Positions 45,353-55,166 of a DNA stretch of 64,000 bases are shown one piece after another. Made by a program: the position numbers and the translations under genes. Origin of the DNA: a virus (lineage: Duplodnaviria; Caudoviricetes). The first letter of the stretch is position 1. Each line of letters opens with the position of its first letter. The notes beneath the pieces are model-generated. The model saw only the letters and a program-made list of their open reading frames with translations. It was not told where the DNA came from and made no database searches. The stretch lies in the IMG/VR virus record IMGVR_UViG_2918249483_000002, positions 1-64,000 of that record, one strand, 5' to 3'.

Positions 45353-46308
45353 CGGCCGAGCAGCAGCAGGAGAAGAAGCGGCATCCGTGGTTGAAGTGGT
45401 ATCCGGCCGATTGGCGCCAGGAGATCACGCTCCGCACATGCAGCCGGGCGGCGCGGTCTCTGTGGCTCGACATGCTCGGCCTGATGCATGAGTCGGCCGT
45501 GCGTGGTCACCTTCTCATCAACGGTGTGGCGCCGGACGTCATGACTCTGGCCGATGCTCTGGGGGATTCGCCGCGGGACATTCGCCGCTGGCTGGATGAA
45601 CTGGAGTTGAAAGGGGTTTTCAGCCGCCTTGAAGATGGGACCATCATCTCCCGGCGCATGGTCCGCGACACCGCGAAGGCGGCGCGCGACAAGGCGAACG
45701 GCAAGACCGGCGGCAACCCCAAGCTTAAGGCTTCCGATAACCCCGAGGGGCCGAAGGGGGATAAGGAGGGGGTTAACCCCCAGGATAAAGCCCATATGCC
45801 AGAGGCCAGAATCCAGAATGTTGTTGTTCCGGCGGATGCCGAAACCAACAACAACGGATCGGATTTGATCGAGGCATTCGATGCTGCGCTTATCGCCACG
45901 TGGGGCGAGAGAGCGCGTCGGAGGAAGCCGCACGCCACCGACGCCAAGACTGCGCGCCAGTGGGCAGCAGACGGCCTGACCACGAGCATGGCGGCCGAGG
46001 TGTTCCGGATCCACTGCGGGAAGATGCAGGAACGGGGCACCGCGCGTTTGCCCTGGAGCCTCAAAGTCTTCGAGGACGATGTGCGCGGGGCCTTGGCCGC
46101 CGCCGCTGCGCGCCCGGTCGCCGCTGCATCGGGTGAGCGGCGCGAGAGCGATGACCGTGCTCGGTGGCGCTCTCGGCTGACGGGCTATGCCGCCGGCAGC
46201 CCCTGGGTGACCGGGTGGGGGCCGAAGCCGGGAGAGCGCGGCTGCGATGCGCCGGCGGATCTCGTTGCCGAGATCCTCGGCGACCTGCGCCAGGAAGTCG
46301 CGCTCTGA
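45349..46308 (+). CDS. Phage replication initiator-like protein (YdaU/DUF1376-like N-terminus)
   Basis: PWLKWYPADW....LR.CS.AAR.LW.DML..MHE...G.L; GVFSR..DG.I.SRRMVRD ... NG..GGNP.L. Confidence 0.8.
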   Translation: MTAEQQQEKKRHPWLKWYPADWRQEITLRTCSRAARSLWLDMLGLMHESAVRGHLLINGVAPDVMTLADALGDSPRDIRRWLDELELKGVFSRLEDGTIISRRMVRDTAKAARDKANGKTGGNPKLKASDNPEGPKGDKEGVNPQDKAHMPEARIQNVVVPADAETNNNGSDLIEAFDAALIATWGERARRRKPHATDAKTARQWAADGLTTSMAAEVFRIHCGKMQERGTARLPWSLKVFEDDVRGALAAAAARPVAAASGERRESDDRARWRSRLTGYAAGSPWVTGWGPKPGERGCDAPADLVAEILGDLRQEVAL

Positions 46309-46871
46309 TGGCCAAGCGGCAATCTCCCTTCCGTGTCGAGTGCGCCCAGTGCGGCGCGACCGATCTGTTCATGCCGGGGTCCCTGACAGCGGGATGGACG
46401 CCGGTCCACGCCCAGGCGGAGGCGAAGGGCTGGTCAGGGCTGCGCGCCCGTCCTCTCTGCCCGTTGTGCACCGCCTCGGCCAACCGTTCGGCAACCTCCC
46501 CCACCACGAAACCCCCGGCATGCGCTGCGCGGCCGGCGATGACGCAGGAGAACACGATGGGCACGAATCCCGCCGGCAGCAAGGCGGAGACTGCGCAGGT
46601 CCGGGAGCCGTCGCTGGCCGAGACGGCGACGATCTTTAAGAAGCTGGACGAGGTCTTTGAGCGCGGTCGCTATCTCGACCGGTGGTCGGATCGCAAGGTC
46701 GGGGAAGCGCTGAATCTCCCCTGGGCATTGGTCGCCAAGGTGCGCGAGCAGCTGCTGGGCCCGCTCAAGGAGGACCCGGCAATCACCGCTTTGCGCAGTG
46801 AGGTCGAGCAGCTCGAAGAGATGGTCCTGGAGGTGAAGGAAAAGCTCCGGGTGATGTCGGCGGCGGCCTGA
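46308..46871 (+). CDS. Hypothetical protein (Zn ribbon + HTH-like)
   Basis: ECAQC, LCPLC; WSD.KV...L..PW..V...RE..G. Confidence 0.65.
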   Translation: MAKRQSPFRVECAQCGATDLFMPGSLTAGWTPVHAQAEAKGWSGLRARPLCPLCTASANRSATSPTTKPPACAARPAMTQENTMGTNPAGSKAETAQVREPSLAETATIFKKLDEVFERGRYLDRWSDRKVGEALNLPWALVAKVREQLLGPLKEDPAITALRSEVEQLEEMVLEVKEKLRVMSAAA

Positions 46872-46875
46872 GCGT

Positions 46876-46915
46876 AAACGAAAACCGCCGCCCGGCTGGT
46901 CCCCGGAGCGGCGGT
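46876..46915. terminator. Intrinsic terminator-like hairpin
   Basis: ACCGCCGC-CCGG...CCGG-A-GCGGCGGT stem with A-tract on the left, after 46871 stop. Confidence 0.5.
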
Positions 46916-46984
46916 GAATTCGTAAACAACATCCACGTTGGAAATTATCCAAAAGCACAACCTAAGTCAACGTGGGGGTAATCC

Positions 46985-47581
46985 ATGAGTGCGGTTCCTG
47001 CGAGCAAGCCTCGGTCCGAACGCGCAAGCCGTCGCGCGATGATGCCGATCTCCACCGACATGGGAACGCCGGAGCGGGCGCTTCGGTCGGAGGGGATTGT
47101 CGTCGAGGCGCGGTCGATCTCTTCCGGCGGGATGATCCTCGCCGAGGGCGCTCGGGTGAAGGCGGAGAACGGGCTGGAACGGCTGTTCCTCCGCTGCCAG
47201 ATCGTCGACCGTCAGTTCCAGGCGGGGATGCGGTTTCGTGCCCTGTTCGCCCAGGCTGCCATGCCGGCGCAGATGACGAGCAGCTACGGTCAGCGCCGCG
47301 GGGGCGGCGGCGGACGGGAGGAGGAGGCTGACGCGCGGAACACGATGCGCAAGGCGATGGTGGGGGCGAAGCTCGCCGTCGAGCGGAAGGACGGCCAGCC
47401 GCTGCGCCTCACCACCACAGGGGAGACGCTGCAGCCTGTCGGTGGGGGCGTGTGCGTCACGCCGGCCGGCGCCGCGGTGATGGAAGCGGCCGGGCTGGAC
47501 GGGGATAGGTATCGGCTTCAGGATCTCCGCGCTGGGCTCAGCGCTTTGGCGGACTACTGGCGGATCGAGACAGAAGACTGA
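46985..47581 (+). CDS. Possible late-gene regulator (DUF6456-like)
   Basis: LERL..R..I..RQFQAG.RF ... MT..Y ... LR.GL..LA.Y; end of early right operon. Confidence 0.5.
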   Translation: MSAVPASKPRSERASRRAMMPISTDMGTPERALRSEGIVVEARSISSGGMILAEGARVKAENGLERLFLRCQIVDRQFQAGMRFRALFAQAAMPAQMTSSYGQRRGGGGGREEEADARNTMRKAMVGAKLAVERKDGQPLRLTTTGETLQPVGGGVCVTPAGAAVMEAAGLDGDRYRLQDLRAGLSALADYWRIETED

Positions 47582-47663
47582 ACGGAACGGGGCCGGGCGG
47601 CGGGGAAACATCCCCGCGCCAAGCCGGGTGCGGTAGTAACTGGAATGTCGAAGGGGAATGTGA

Positions 47664-48143
47664 GTGGCGAAATTCATGTTGGGCACGTTCTGGTATCGGG
47701 AAACGCTCGCCCTGGCCCAACGGCTGCACGACGGCCAGACCGATAAGGCGGGTGAGCCCTATTGGCGGCATCTGGAGCGGGTCGCGCAGCGGCTGGTGGA
47801 GCGGTTCCCCGACGCGACGAAGGCCCAGGTCCAGGCCGCCTTACTGCACGACGCGATCGAGGACGCCGGGGTGTCCGCCGAAGACCTCCGCGCCGCGGGG
47901 ATCGAGGAGGAGGCCATCGTCGCGATCCAACTGGTCAGCCGGAACCTGGGCCCGGCGGGCAGCTATCTGGAATGGATCGGCCGGATCGCCGCCAGCGGGA
48001 ATGTCACGGCGATCCGGGTCAAGCTGGCCGACAACCTGGACAACAGTGATCCCGCCCGGGTTGCTGCCCTCCCCGCCGGCCCCCGGATGGTCGCCGAGAA
48101 ATATGCCCCGGCGCGGGCGATCCTTGAGCGTGCGTTGCGATGA
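47664..48143 (+). CDS. HD-domain small alarmone hydrolase-like (Mesh1/SpoT HD) protein
   Basis: H.GQ.DKAG.PY..H..RV, AALLHDAIED, VKLAD..DN. Confidence 0.85.
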   Translation: MAKFMLGTFWYRETLALAQRLHDGQTDKAGEPYWRHLERVAQRLVERFPDATKAQVQAALLHDAIEDAGVSAEDLRAAGIEEEAIVAIQLVSRNLGPAGSYLEWIGRIAASGNVTAIRVKLADNLDNSDPARVAALPAGPRMVAEKYAPARAILERALR

Positions 48144-48391
48144 GCCGGAGAGCGAAGGTTCCCAGTGCGGCCCAAGCCAAGCGGATCGCCTATCTGTGGG
48201 GCGGAGGCAAGTCGTTTCCACATTACGCGACGTTGAACGCAACGAATGACGTTCTGGTCAGAGAGGGGTGGGTGGAGTCCGTGGGGGAGGAGATCACCTT
48301 TCCCAATGGGGCAAAGGGCGCCGTCTACGCTGTCAGCGCGGCGGGGGTAGAAGCTCTGGGGGCTTTCCTGGCGTCGCGGCGACCGGACTGA
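48140..48391 (+). CDS. Hypothetical winged-helix-like protein
   Basis: ATGA coupling; LVREGWVE...YAVSAAG pattern. Confidence 0.55.
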   Translation: MSRRAKVPSAAQAKRIAYLWGGGKSFPHYATLNATNDVLVREGWVESVGEEITFPNGAKGAVYAVSAAGVEALGAFLASRRPD

Positions 48392-48400
48392 GGAGGCAAC

Positions 48401-48670
48401 ATGGCGGTCTACGTCGACAAGCAGCGCAACCGCTACCGGGGGATGGTCATGTGCCACATGCTGGCTGACACACTGGAGGAGCTGCACGCGATGGCCGACA
48501 GAATCGGTATGCGGCGGGAGTGGTTCCAGGGTGATGCCTCCACGCCGCACTATGACGTGTGCCTCACCCGTCGTTCACTCGCAATTCAGTATGGCGCGGT
48601 GGAGATTGGCCGGCGGGAAACCGTCGCGTTGATACGACGGCTCCGTCTATTACGCTACGTCAGTGCCTGA
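48401..48670 (+). CDS. DUF4031 family protein
   Basis: MAVYVD....YRGM.MCHM.AD..EELH.MA..IG..R.WFQ.....HYD. Confidence 0.9.
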   Translation: MAVYVDKQRNRYRGMVMCHMLADTLEELHAMADRIGMRREWFQGDASTPHYDVCLTRRSLAIQYGAVEIGRRETVALIRRLRLLRYVSA

Positions 48671-48684
48671 TCAAGTGGCGAGCT

Positions 48685-49464
48685 TCAGAAGAGGCTGCCC
48701 GGCAGAACCTCGATTGCCTCCACCACGATGGTTTCGCCGCGCTTCTCGCCGGTGACCTTGAGTACCCGACCATGGTAACCCTCGGCCTGCCCCCTGCTGA
48801 GCGGAGGGGAGGTTCGCCACGATCCGCCCCATTCATGAGGTGGCGCCCCTGTTCCCATGAGGTCGTATTCGAGGAACAGCGGACGGTCGAGATTGCGAAG
48901 GGATACGCTGGCAAGCCAACTGCCGTGCATTTCCTCCGCGGGCACCTGCTCGACCTCCTCAACCGGCCACACGTCCTCCGGAAATCCGGAGCGCAGAGCT
49001 TCTGCGGCGCCCGGAATGGCGTCGCGGTCGAAGACCCACCAATCCATCAGCACCCGCGTCGCGCTGTTTGGTGGCAGATCCTCATTCGGGATTCCGATGG
49101 ACGTGCGCATCACCAGTGCGTTTTTGTACAGGACGGCATGGATGGCAAGGATGTGCTGGCCCGACGCCGCTTTCCCCTCCAGGACCGCAGAGGGGGCGCC
49201 ACCACTATAGCTGCTCTCCGCTTCGGGCCAGATCGAGGAGGTATTGTCCAGGCAAAGCGGCAAGGCGGCCTGCAGCGCGGCGACGAGCTTCCGCCGGATA
49301 GTGGCATTGGAAATTCTGTAAGTTCGTGTCCCGTCATCAGCAAACCGGAGCGTTACCGCTGCGCGCCCATCTGGCAGCGTCTCCGCAGATACATGGCGAA
49401 CATGCGAGCAGAGAATGGCTTCGGTATAGGTGTGGTCGATGAAGTAGACGGGCGAGTGGAACAT
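48685..49464 (-). CDS. Hypothetical protein
   Basis: 259 aa globular-looking ORF with GAGG RBS. Confidence 0.6.
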   Translation of the reverse strand: MFHSPVYFIDHTYTEAILCSHVRHVSAETLPDGRAAVTLRFADDGTRTYRISNATIRRKLVAALQAALPLCLDNTSSIWPEAESSYSGGAPSAVLEGKAASGQHILAIHAVLYKNALVMRTSIGIPNEDLPPNSATRVLMDWWVFDRDAIPGAAEALRSGFPEDVWPVEEVEQVPAEEMHGSWLASVSLRNLDRPLFLEYDLMGTGAPPHEWGGSWRTSPPLSRGQAEGYHGRVLKVTGEKRGETIVVEAIEVLPGSLF

Positions 49465-49623
49465 AGGGCCTCACGCTTGAGCAAGTGGGTTGCCGGCACT
49501 GCGGCACTCCGTCGTAAACCACAGCCTAGCACGCCTCGCGTGGCAACTGCGCGCACTCATGCCGCAGCGCTCTGACGGCGGTGACCATGAGCGGCGTTCG
49601 GACATATCGGATTTTCTGGAAAA

Positions 49624-49985
49624 TCAGATGGGGGCTTTGTCCCACGGGCGCAGCCCCGCCAGCCGCTCGACCAGCGCCACCTCGGCCGAGAAATCGGCCG
49701 CTCCGCCGTCGAGGTCCTCGGCGATCTCCTCCGCCAGCTCCCAGATCGGCTCGCGCGGCGTGACGGTTCCCGCGCCGTAGCCGTTGACCACGGCCATGGC
49801 CATGGCGTGCAGCCGGAGCAGCTGCGCCCGCACCCGCAGCCGGCGCGCTTCCGAAATGTCGTCGCTGCGGTCCACCGCATCGACGGCGCGGAGCAGGTCG
49901 GCGGCGGCGGGAGCGTTCGCGCTTGCAGCCGGTCCAGGGTTTCCTGGTCGACCGGGCCATACCGCGTCTCAATCGTCTTGCTCAT
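49624..49985 (-). pseudogene. Frameshifted TnpC-like (Tn4651-type regulator family) gene
   Basis: MSKTIETRYGPVDQETLDRLQA in one frame continues as AADLLRAVDAVD...LLRLHAMA.....G....PIWELAEEI in another; shift falls in an inverted-repeat arm near 49905. Confidence 0.6.
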
Positions 49986-50036
49986 GCGCTCCCCTTATCA
50001 CATCCGGCCGCAAGCGCGAACGCTCCCGCCGCCGCC
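49900..50036. repeat. 33-bp inverted repeat (1 mismatch), 71-bp spacer
   Basis: GGCGGCGGCGGGAGCGTTCGCGCTTGCAGCCGG (49900-49932) vs reverse complement of 50004-50036. Confidence 0.9.
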
Positions 50037-50371
50037 TCCCACAGCGCCACCACCCGCTCGCCGGTCCAGCACAGCTGACGGCGCGCCAGCCCGGCCGCCT
50101 CCTCGATGGTGAGCGCGCGCACGGTCACTGTCTCGACGCCATCGCGCCGCAGGATCACCGCGCGCCAGTCCACTTTGTGGGCCTCGCGGTCGGCCGCCGC
50201 CGTCTCGGCCCGGATCTGTGCCGGCGACTTCCACGCCCAGGTCCGGGCGATCAGGTCGGCGCCGGCCTCGGTCAGCGCCCAGCCCTGGCCACCGCGCGGC
50301 CCCGGCGCCGGCACCGCCAGCCCGCGCGCCACCCACGCCGCGGTCAATTCGGCCACGCGCTCCTTGGTCAT
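49982..50371 (-). CDS. Hypothetical protein
   Basis: ATGA coupling with the tnpC-like gene. Confidence 0.55.
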   Translation of the reverse strand: MTKERVAELTAAWVARGLAVPAPGPRGGQGWALTEAGADLIARTWAWKSPAQIRAETAAADREAHKVDWRAVILRRDGVETVTVRALTIEEAAGLARRQLCWTGERVVALWEAAAGAFALAAGCDKGSA

Positions 50372-50671
50372 CGGCGTCCGCTGGTCGCGGAACGTCAGCT
50401 GGGCGGCGACGTCGGCCGCTGAGCGCCGCCGCCCTGGTGGCCGTTCTAAGCAGAGGGGACGGGAGGCGCCGCGGCGATATCGCTGGCTGCCGCCTCTCAG
50501 ACTGCCCCCCGTTACTTCCGTGGGACCTAGTTCCTACGGCCGAGGTCATCCCCCCTACGGGCTTTCCGGCTATCAAACCAGACTGCCTAGAAAGCTTCAG
50601 ACTGGACACCAGATTCAGAATCGTACCGCCGGACGGTGCTTTGTCCGGCGGTCGATCCCGCAACCCCAAAA

Positions 50672-50764
50672 GTGGAGACCACGACGCTCGACATCGCGGT
50701 AAGCCTGCGCGTCCGCCTGCGCGTTCGCCGCTGGACGCTCACCGTCAGCTTCGGCCGCCGGTGA
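50672..50764 (+). CDS. Small Arg-rich beta-strand peptide between two hairpins
   Basis: (METT)TLDIAVSLRVRLRVRRWTLTVSFGRR*; flanked by 10-bp and 13-bp stems. Confidence 0.4.
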   Translation: METTTLDIAVSLRVRLRVRRWTLTVSFGRR

Positions 50765-50915
50765 GCGACAACGGGAGCGGTGTTCGCCCACCGCTCCCGT
50801 TCCTTGATGTCGTTCCGAAAGACGCCGTTGCAAGGCGGCGTCTGGCCATCCGCCGAGCCCCCCCCGAACGCCCGGCATATGCGCCTCAGCACCAGAGACC
50901 TCGGCCCTCGCCCGA

Positions 50916-51224
50916 TCAGTCGATCAGGCTGCCCTCGACCTGTTGCACCACAGCCGCGTTGACAGCGATGCAGTCGCCTGTTGCGCGGCTGTCCGCCCCG
51001 AGCGTCAGCCAGTACACGGAGGGAAAGGCGCCGGCCGTGGCGTTGAACAGATGCACCACCAGCTTTCCGTCGGCGCTGATGGCTTCGCACTGGCCGGTGA
51101 CGTGCCCGCCCCCCGGGTTGGTAGCCGAAAAGGTTCCATCGTCGAATTCCACCTTCACAGTCCAGGGGTGGGGGTGTCCCGGCGTGCGCGTGGTACCTTC
51201 GAAACGCTTCCACATGATGGACAT
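50916..51224 (-). CDS. Hypothetical beta-rich protein
   Basis: Start MSIMWKRF with GGAGAGG RBS. Confidence 0.6.
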   Translation of the reverse strand: MSIMWKRFEGTTRTPGHPHPWTVKVEFDDGTFSATNPGGGHVTGQCEAISADGKLVVHLFNATAGAFPSVYWLTLGADSRATGDCIAVNAAVVQQVEGSLID

Positions 51225-51633
51225 GGACGTTTCCTCTCCGCTGTTCGCGTGCGGCGTGATCGCGCACGCACTCACCATTGTCCTGAATGCAACGTTTCCT
51301 CCGCAAAGGTTTATCTTGGGTCACCAATAGCCAATTCTGCCTAGTACGGCTTAGGTGTTTTTCCGTTTTCGGCGGTTCCGCCGCGCCCGGCACTCCATTC
51401 GTTGGGTTGGGTCTTCACGACTCACAACCCGACTGGCGAATGCCGCGACGGGCGCCGGAGCGGCCTTGCCCCCTACCAGACGAGGCGACTGGCGGGGCGG
51501 CAGAACGCGGGCTCGAACGCGACGCTGTTCGAGGCGAGGCTGGCGGCGTTCTGGCTGTTGTCGATGTTGATGCGGTAGGGCTCCGGGTCGCCGATCAGCG
51601 CCGTGACGAAGTCGTTGGCGATCACATAAGACC

Positions 51634-51921
51634 CTGATCCACCCCGGAAGCCCCAGCACCGACCGGCTGCACGCCACCTACCTCGGCACCCCGCACGATC
51701 CCGGCCCCATCACCATCCGGCGGCTGCGCCTCGCCCCTCCCAAGATCGGGGCGGAGGAGACCGCGGCGATTTACGCCCGGCAGGATGCGATCGATCAGGC
51801 CCGGGCGCGCGACATCCTATTCCGCTGGGCCGAGGAGGAGGACGCCCGTTCCAAGAAGATCTGGGCGGACCACCTCAGGGACTACCTCAAGGATCACCCC
51901 ATGCCGCCGCGCTCGACCTGA
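51634..51921 (+). pseudogene. 5'-truncated gene fragment
   Basis: Strongly GC3-biased frame DRLHATYLGTPHDPGPITIRRL...DHLRDYLKDHPMPPRST* with no upstream ATG. Confidence 0.4.
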
Positions 51922-52169
51922 TCCGGAGGCTCGACCACCGCGCTCCCGAACGGCGCCGTCCACGCGAACCGCGGTCAGGCGATTTGAGGATTGACAACGG
52001 CCCCTCTCGGCGTATATACAAAACGTATTGACGATATGGAGGTGTTTCAGCACCCCCATATCGCCATGTCCTCCGCGCGGGAATCCTGCCCGCGTGATCT
52101 TAGAAGGAAGCGAATCGATGATTGATTTCAACCTGGGCCTGAGGCCGCGAAACCTGTGTGAGGAAGAGA

Positions 52170-52472
52170 ATGGAATTCGAATGGAACGCTGAAAAGGCCG
52201 AAAAGAACCTTAAAAATCACAAGGTTGACTTTGAGAAGGCTATTTGTGTATTCGAGGGGCCAACGGTGGAGCGGGTCGATCCGCGCAACTACGGTGGCGA
52301 AACTCGGTTTGTAACTTTTGGAATTGTGGACGGCCGTCTTCTGGCGGTGGTCTACACTTGGCGCGGCAACACCTGCCGCATCATATCGGCAAGAAAGGCC
52401 AACGAACGTGAGCAACGAGCGTATCATTCGGCGCTCCTTAGTCACGGCTCGGAAACCGACAGCTCCGACTGA
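52170..52472 (+). CDS. brnT: BrnT family toxin
   Basis: MEFEWN.EKA..N...H.VDF..A..VF, E.RF...G....RL..VVYT.RG...RIISARKA..RE. Confidence 0.93.
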   Translation: MEFEWNAEKAEKNLKNHKVDFEKAICVFEGPTVERVDPRNYGGETRFVTFGIVDGRLLAVVYTWRGNTCRIISARKANEREQRAYHSALLSHGSETDSSD

Positions 52473-52734
52473 ATGGTCGGAGTTTGATGCCCAGACCGAT
52501 GCCGACATCGAGGTCGCTGTTCGCAGCGACCTCGATGCCGCTCCCTTGGCCGACGACGCATGGTTTGAAACCGCCCGCGTCGTCGAACCCAACACCAAGC
52601 AGGCGGTGAGCATTCGGCTGGACCGAGACGTGCTGGAGTGGTTCCGCACCCACAGCGACCGTTACCAGACCAAGATGAACAACGTTCTCCGTGCCTATAT
52701 GGAGCACGAAAAGCGCGCCAGAACCGGCGCCTAA
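52408..52734 (+). CDS. brnA: BrnA family antitoxin
   Basis: KQAVSIRLDRDVLEWFR.....YQT..N.VLRAYM; overlaps brnT. Confidence 0.92.
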   Translation: MSNERIIRRSLVTARKPTAPTEWSEFDAQTDADIEVAVRSDLDAAPLADDAWFETARVVEPNTKQAVSIRLDRDVLEWFRTHSDRYQTKMNNVLRAYMEHEKRARTGA

Positions 52735-52750
52735 CCCTCTCCCCCAACCG

Positions 52751-52783
52751 ACAAAGGCGCTCCGCGAACCGGGGCGCCTTTGT
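52751..52783 (+). terminator. Intrinsic terminator after brnTA
   Basis: ACAAAGGCGCTCCG-CGAAC-CGGGGCGCCTTTGT hairpin. Confidence 0.7.
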
Positions 52784-53181
52784 CATGTTCGCGGCGACAG
52801 AGTATGGGCGTTATGGAACGCCCCCCCCAGGCTCACGTCGCCGCCGGGCGTCCAACCGCTCGCGCTCTGCCGTCGCTAGGGTGATCCAGTACCGCCGATG
52901 CCGAATCCTGCCACTCGTCGGCGCGCTGCGCCAGAGCCTCGAAGCGGGACGCCACCCCCCTCGGTTACTCCGGCCGCGCGCCCCGCCTCGACCAGCACGT
53001 CGACGGAGGCGGGCTTGTTAGTCTTTCGCATCATCGTCTTCTTGGATGGTGCGCGGCAGGCAACCTCGCAGGCTCTGGCCCGGCGCCGAGTGATTTGATA
53101 CGGTTGTGATGGTGTCAAGAATTGTGGCTGCTGCTCCCAAAAGCCGCACGGGGGTGCGAGGCCCGAAAGCCGTAGGCGGGG

Positions 53182-54072
53182 TCAGGCGACGTCGTCGATA
53201 TGCCGAAACCCGAGGAACACCGGCAGTCGTGGTCGATCCTTGGTACCGCAGGGCTGATACTTCACCTTGACCAGCTTCCCGACGAGGCCGTCGCGGCTCG
53301 ACCAGAGTTCTGCACGCTGCGCATCGGAGAAGCCGGATCCGACATTGAACGGGAGATCGAAGGACGGGGCGCGACAGACCAGAGCGCCAAGGATGCCGGC
53401 GGCCAACAGGCCCTCACGGCTGATGCTGCGTTCGGTGTAGCCGAGGGCGTTGACGGTGGCGGCGTTGGCGTTCCGGTGCAGCTCCTCCACGCCGATTACC
53501 TCGGCCTCGAAGTCGACGAACCGCTTCAGCTTCAGCAACCCGGCTTCCGCCAGTGTGGAGCGGCCGAACTTGTAGGCGGCATCGGGGCGGCGGAGCATGA
53601 CGCCCTCGTACCCCGCGCTGAGGCATTCTGCCTCAAACGCTTCCAGGTCGGCCGGGCAGGTCACCAAGCGCTGTTCGACGATCCGGACGAAGGGTGGGAG
53701 ATCCCTGCCGCGCAGCTGCTGCAGGCGGTCCGAAAAGCCCTGGGAGGGGTCGGACAGGTCGTCGAAGACATGGAAGGTGAAGGCGGGCTTGCCCTTCTTG
53801 GTCATGATGGCGGAGGTGGAAACGCTGAACGCATCGAAGGCCGTCGGATCGCCGGCCGTGATCTCGCCGTCCAGGTCGCGCAACCCCTCAGCCGCGAGCA
53901 TGGCGCGGATGTGCTCGTTCGGGATCGGGCGCAGCGTGTTGGACAGCGCACCTGCGTCGGGGCGGGTCACGCAACGGATCCCATCAATCTTGGGCGATGC
54001 GAGGAGGGGATAGGGGAGGTCGGTGATCGAGCCGGCGGATTCGGCGCGCATGGGCTTGAACGGCTTGTCCAT
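53182..54072 (-). CDS. ATP-dependent DNA ligase
   Basis: SPKIDGIRC (KxDG), LDGEI, FHVFD, GYEGVMLR, LLKLK, GSGFSD, PRLPVF.G.R. Confidence 0.93.
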   Translation of the reverse strand: MDKPFKPMRAESAGSITDLPYPLLASPKIDGIRCVTRPDAGALSNTLRPIPNEHIRAMLAAEGLRDLDGEITAGDPTAFDAFSVSTSAIMTKKGKPAFTFHVFDDLSDPSQGFSDRLQQLRGRDLPPFVRIVEQRLVTCPADLEAFEAECLSAGYEGVMLRRPDAAYKFGRSTLAEAGLLKLKRFVDFEAEVIGVEELHRNANAATVNALGYTERSISREGLLAAGILGALVCRAPSFDLPFNVGSGFSDAQRAELWSSRDGLVGKLVKVKYQPCGTKDRPRLPVFLGFRHIDDVA

Positions 54073-54126
54073 GGTGGTTCTCCATCAGGTATCGACGAAC
54101 CGGCCGGCGCTGCGCCGGTGCGGGGG

Positions 54127-54366
54127 TCAGACGGGGAGGGAGGAGGGGTCGGCGAACTGGGGCTGGCCGTTGAGCAGGTCCGACGCGGCTTGGAGTTCGT
54201 CGCGATCGGCGCAGCAGATGCGAAGAAGTTCGTCGTACCGCTTCAGCGTTGCGACCGAACCGATCCATCGGCCGCCCAGATGGGCTTCGAGCTTGCGCGC
54301 TGAAACCCGGGTGATGCTGTAGTCCTGGAAGTCGAAGCTGGAGCCGACCGCGATGTGAAAGGCCAT
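54127..54366 (-). CDS. Hypothetical protein
   Basis: Start MAFHIAVG with GAGG RBS. Confidence 0.55.
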   Translation of the reverse strand: MAFHIAVGSSFDFQDYSITRVSARKLEAHLGGRWIGSVATLKRYDELLRICCADRDELQAASDLLNGQPQFADPSSLPV

Positions 54367-54482
54367 GGTTCGCCTCAGAGAAAGGCCGCCGGACCCGTGA
54401 GCCCGGCGGCAAGTCGATCCGGAATGCATCGCGCGGGGAGCGCGGTGCGGGCGGTGCGGTAGGAGCCGCGTTTTTCCTCGTT

Positions 54483-55061
54483 TCAGGCGTAGCTGGACTC
54501 GTGATGGCCGCGGTAAATCCGCATGGAGCCGACCTCCGTGAAATCGGTCCGGGTCGCCCATTGGCAGTCGGAAATCTTGATGCCGTTGGCCTGGGCCTTC
54601 CGGCGGATGGGTTCGCCGACATACTCGCCGGGCTGCGGGGCGGTCAGTTCCTGGCACCACCCGGTGCTCTTGCGGACCTTTGCGACCTGACGCAACACCA
54701 CCATGGCGCCGCGGACCTCGACAACTTCGAAATACTCGACGTTCGTCTGCTCGTAGCCCCAGCACGTGTTGAGGATGTCACCAACCTTGTAGTCGTTCTG
54801 GTACTGGCGCCGCTCGTCGCGCCGCTTCTGCGCAGCGGCAAGCGTCTTCCGTCGGGATTCGAAGTACATGACAACGCACTTTTCCCGGCGGGCGGCGCTG
54901 CTGAAGGAGAAATGGTAATCGGGTTTCCCGGCCTTGCCATGGTAGCCGATGGCCATCAGGCGCCCATTGCGCTCGTAGATGTAGGCCACGGCGTCGGACT
55001 GCTTGTCGGTCACCTTGACGGCGCCGGGCGGGGTGTAGCGGGGGAGATTGCGGGAAGCCAT
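54483..55061 (-). CDS. Conserved phage/plasmid hypothetical protein
   Basis: GKAGKPD.H.SF, VGDIL...WGYEQTNVEYFEV motifs; GAGG RBS. Confidence 0.75.
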   Translation of the reverse strand: MASRNLPRYTPPGAVKVTDKQSDAVAYIYERNGRLMAIGYHGKAGKPDYHFSFSSAARREKCVVMYFESRRKTLAAAQKRRDERRQYQNDYKVGDILNTCWGYEQTNVEYFEVVEVRGAMVVLRQVAKVRKSTGWCQELTAPQPGEYVGEPIRRKAQANGIKISDCQWATRTDFTEVGSMRIYRGHHESSYA

Positions 55062-55166
55062 GATCTGCCTCTTCGGGTGCGCCATGAAGGGCGTAGGGGA
55101 ATTTGGGAGGGACGGTGCAGCCATCGCGTATGCGGGCTGGGATCGGGTCCCGATGGCTCACATATA

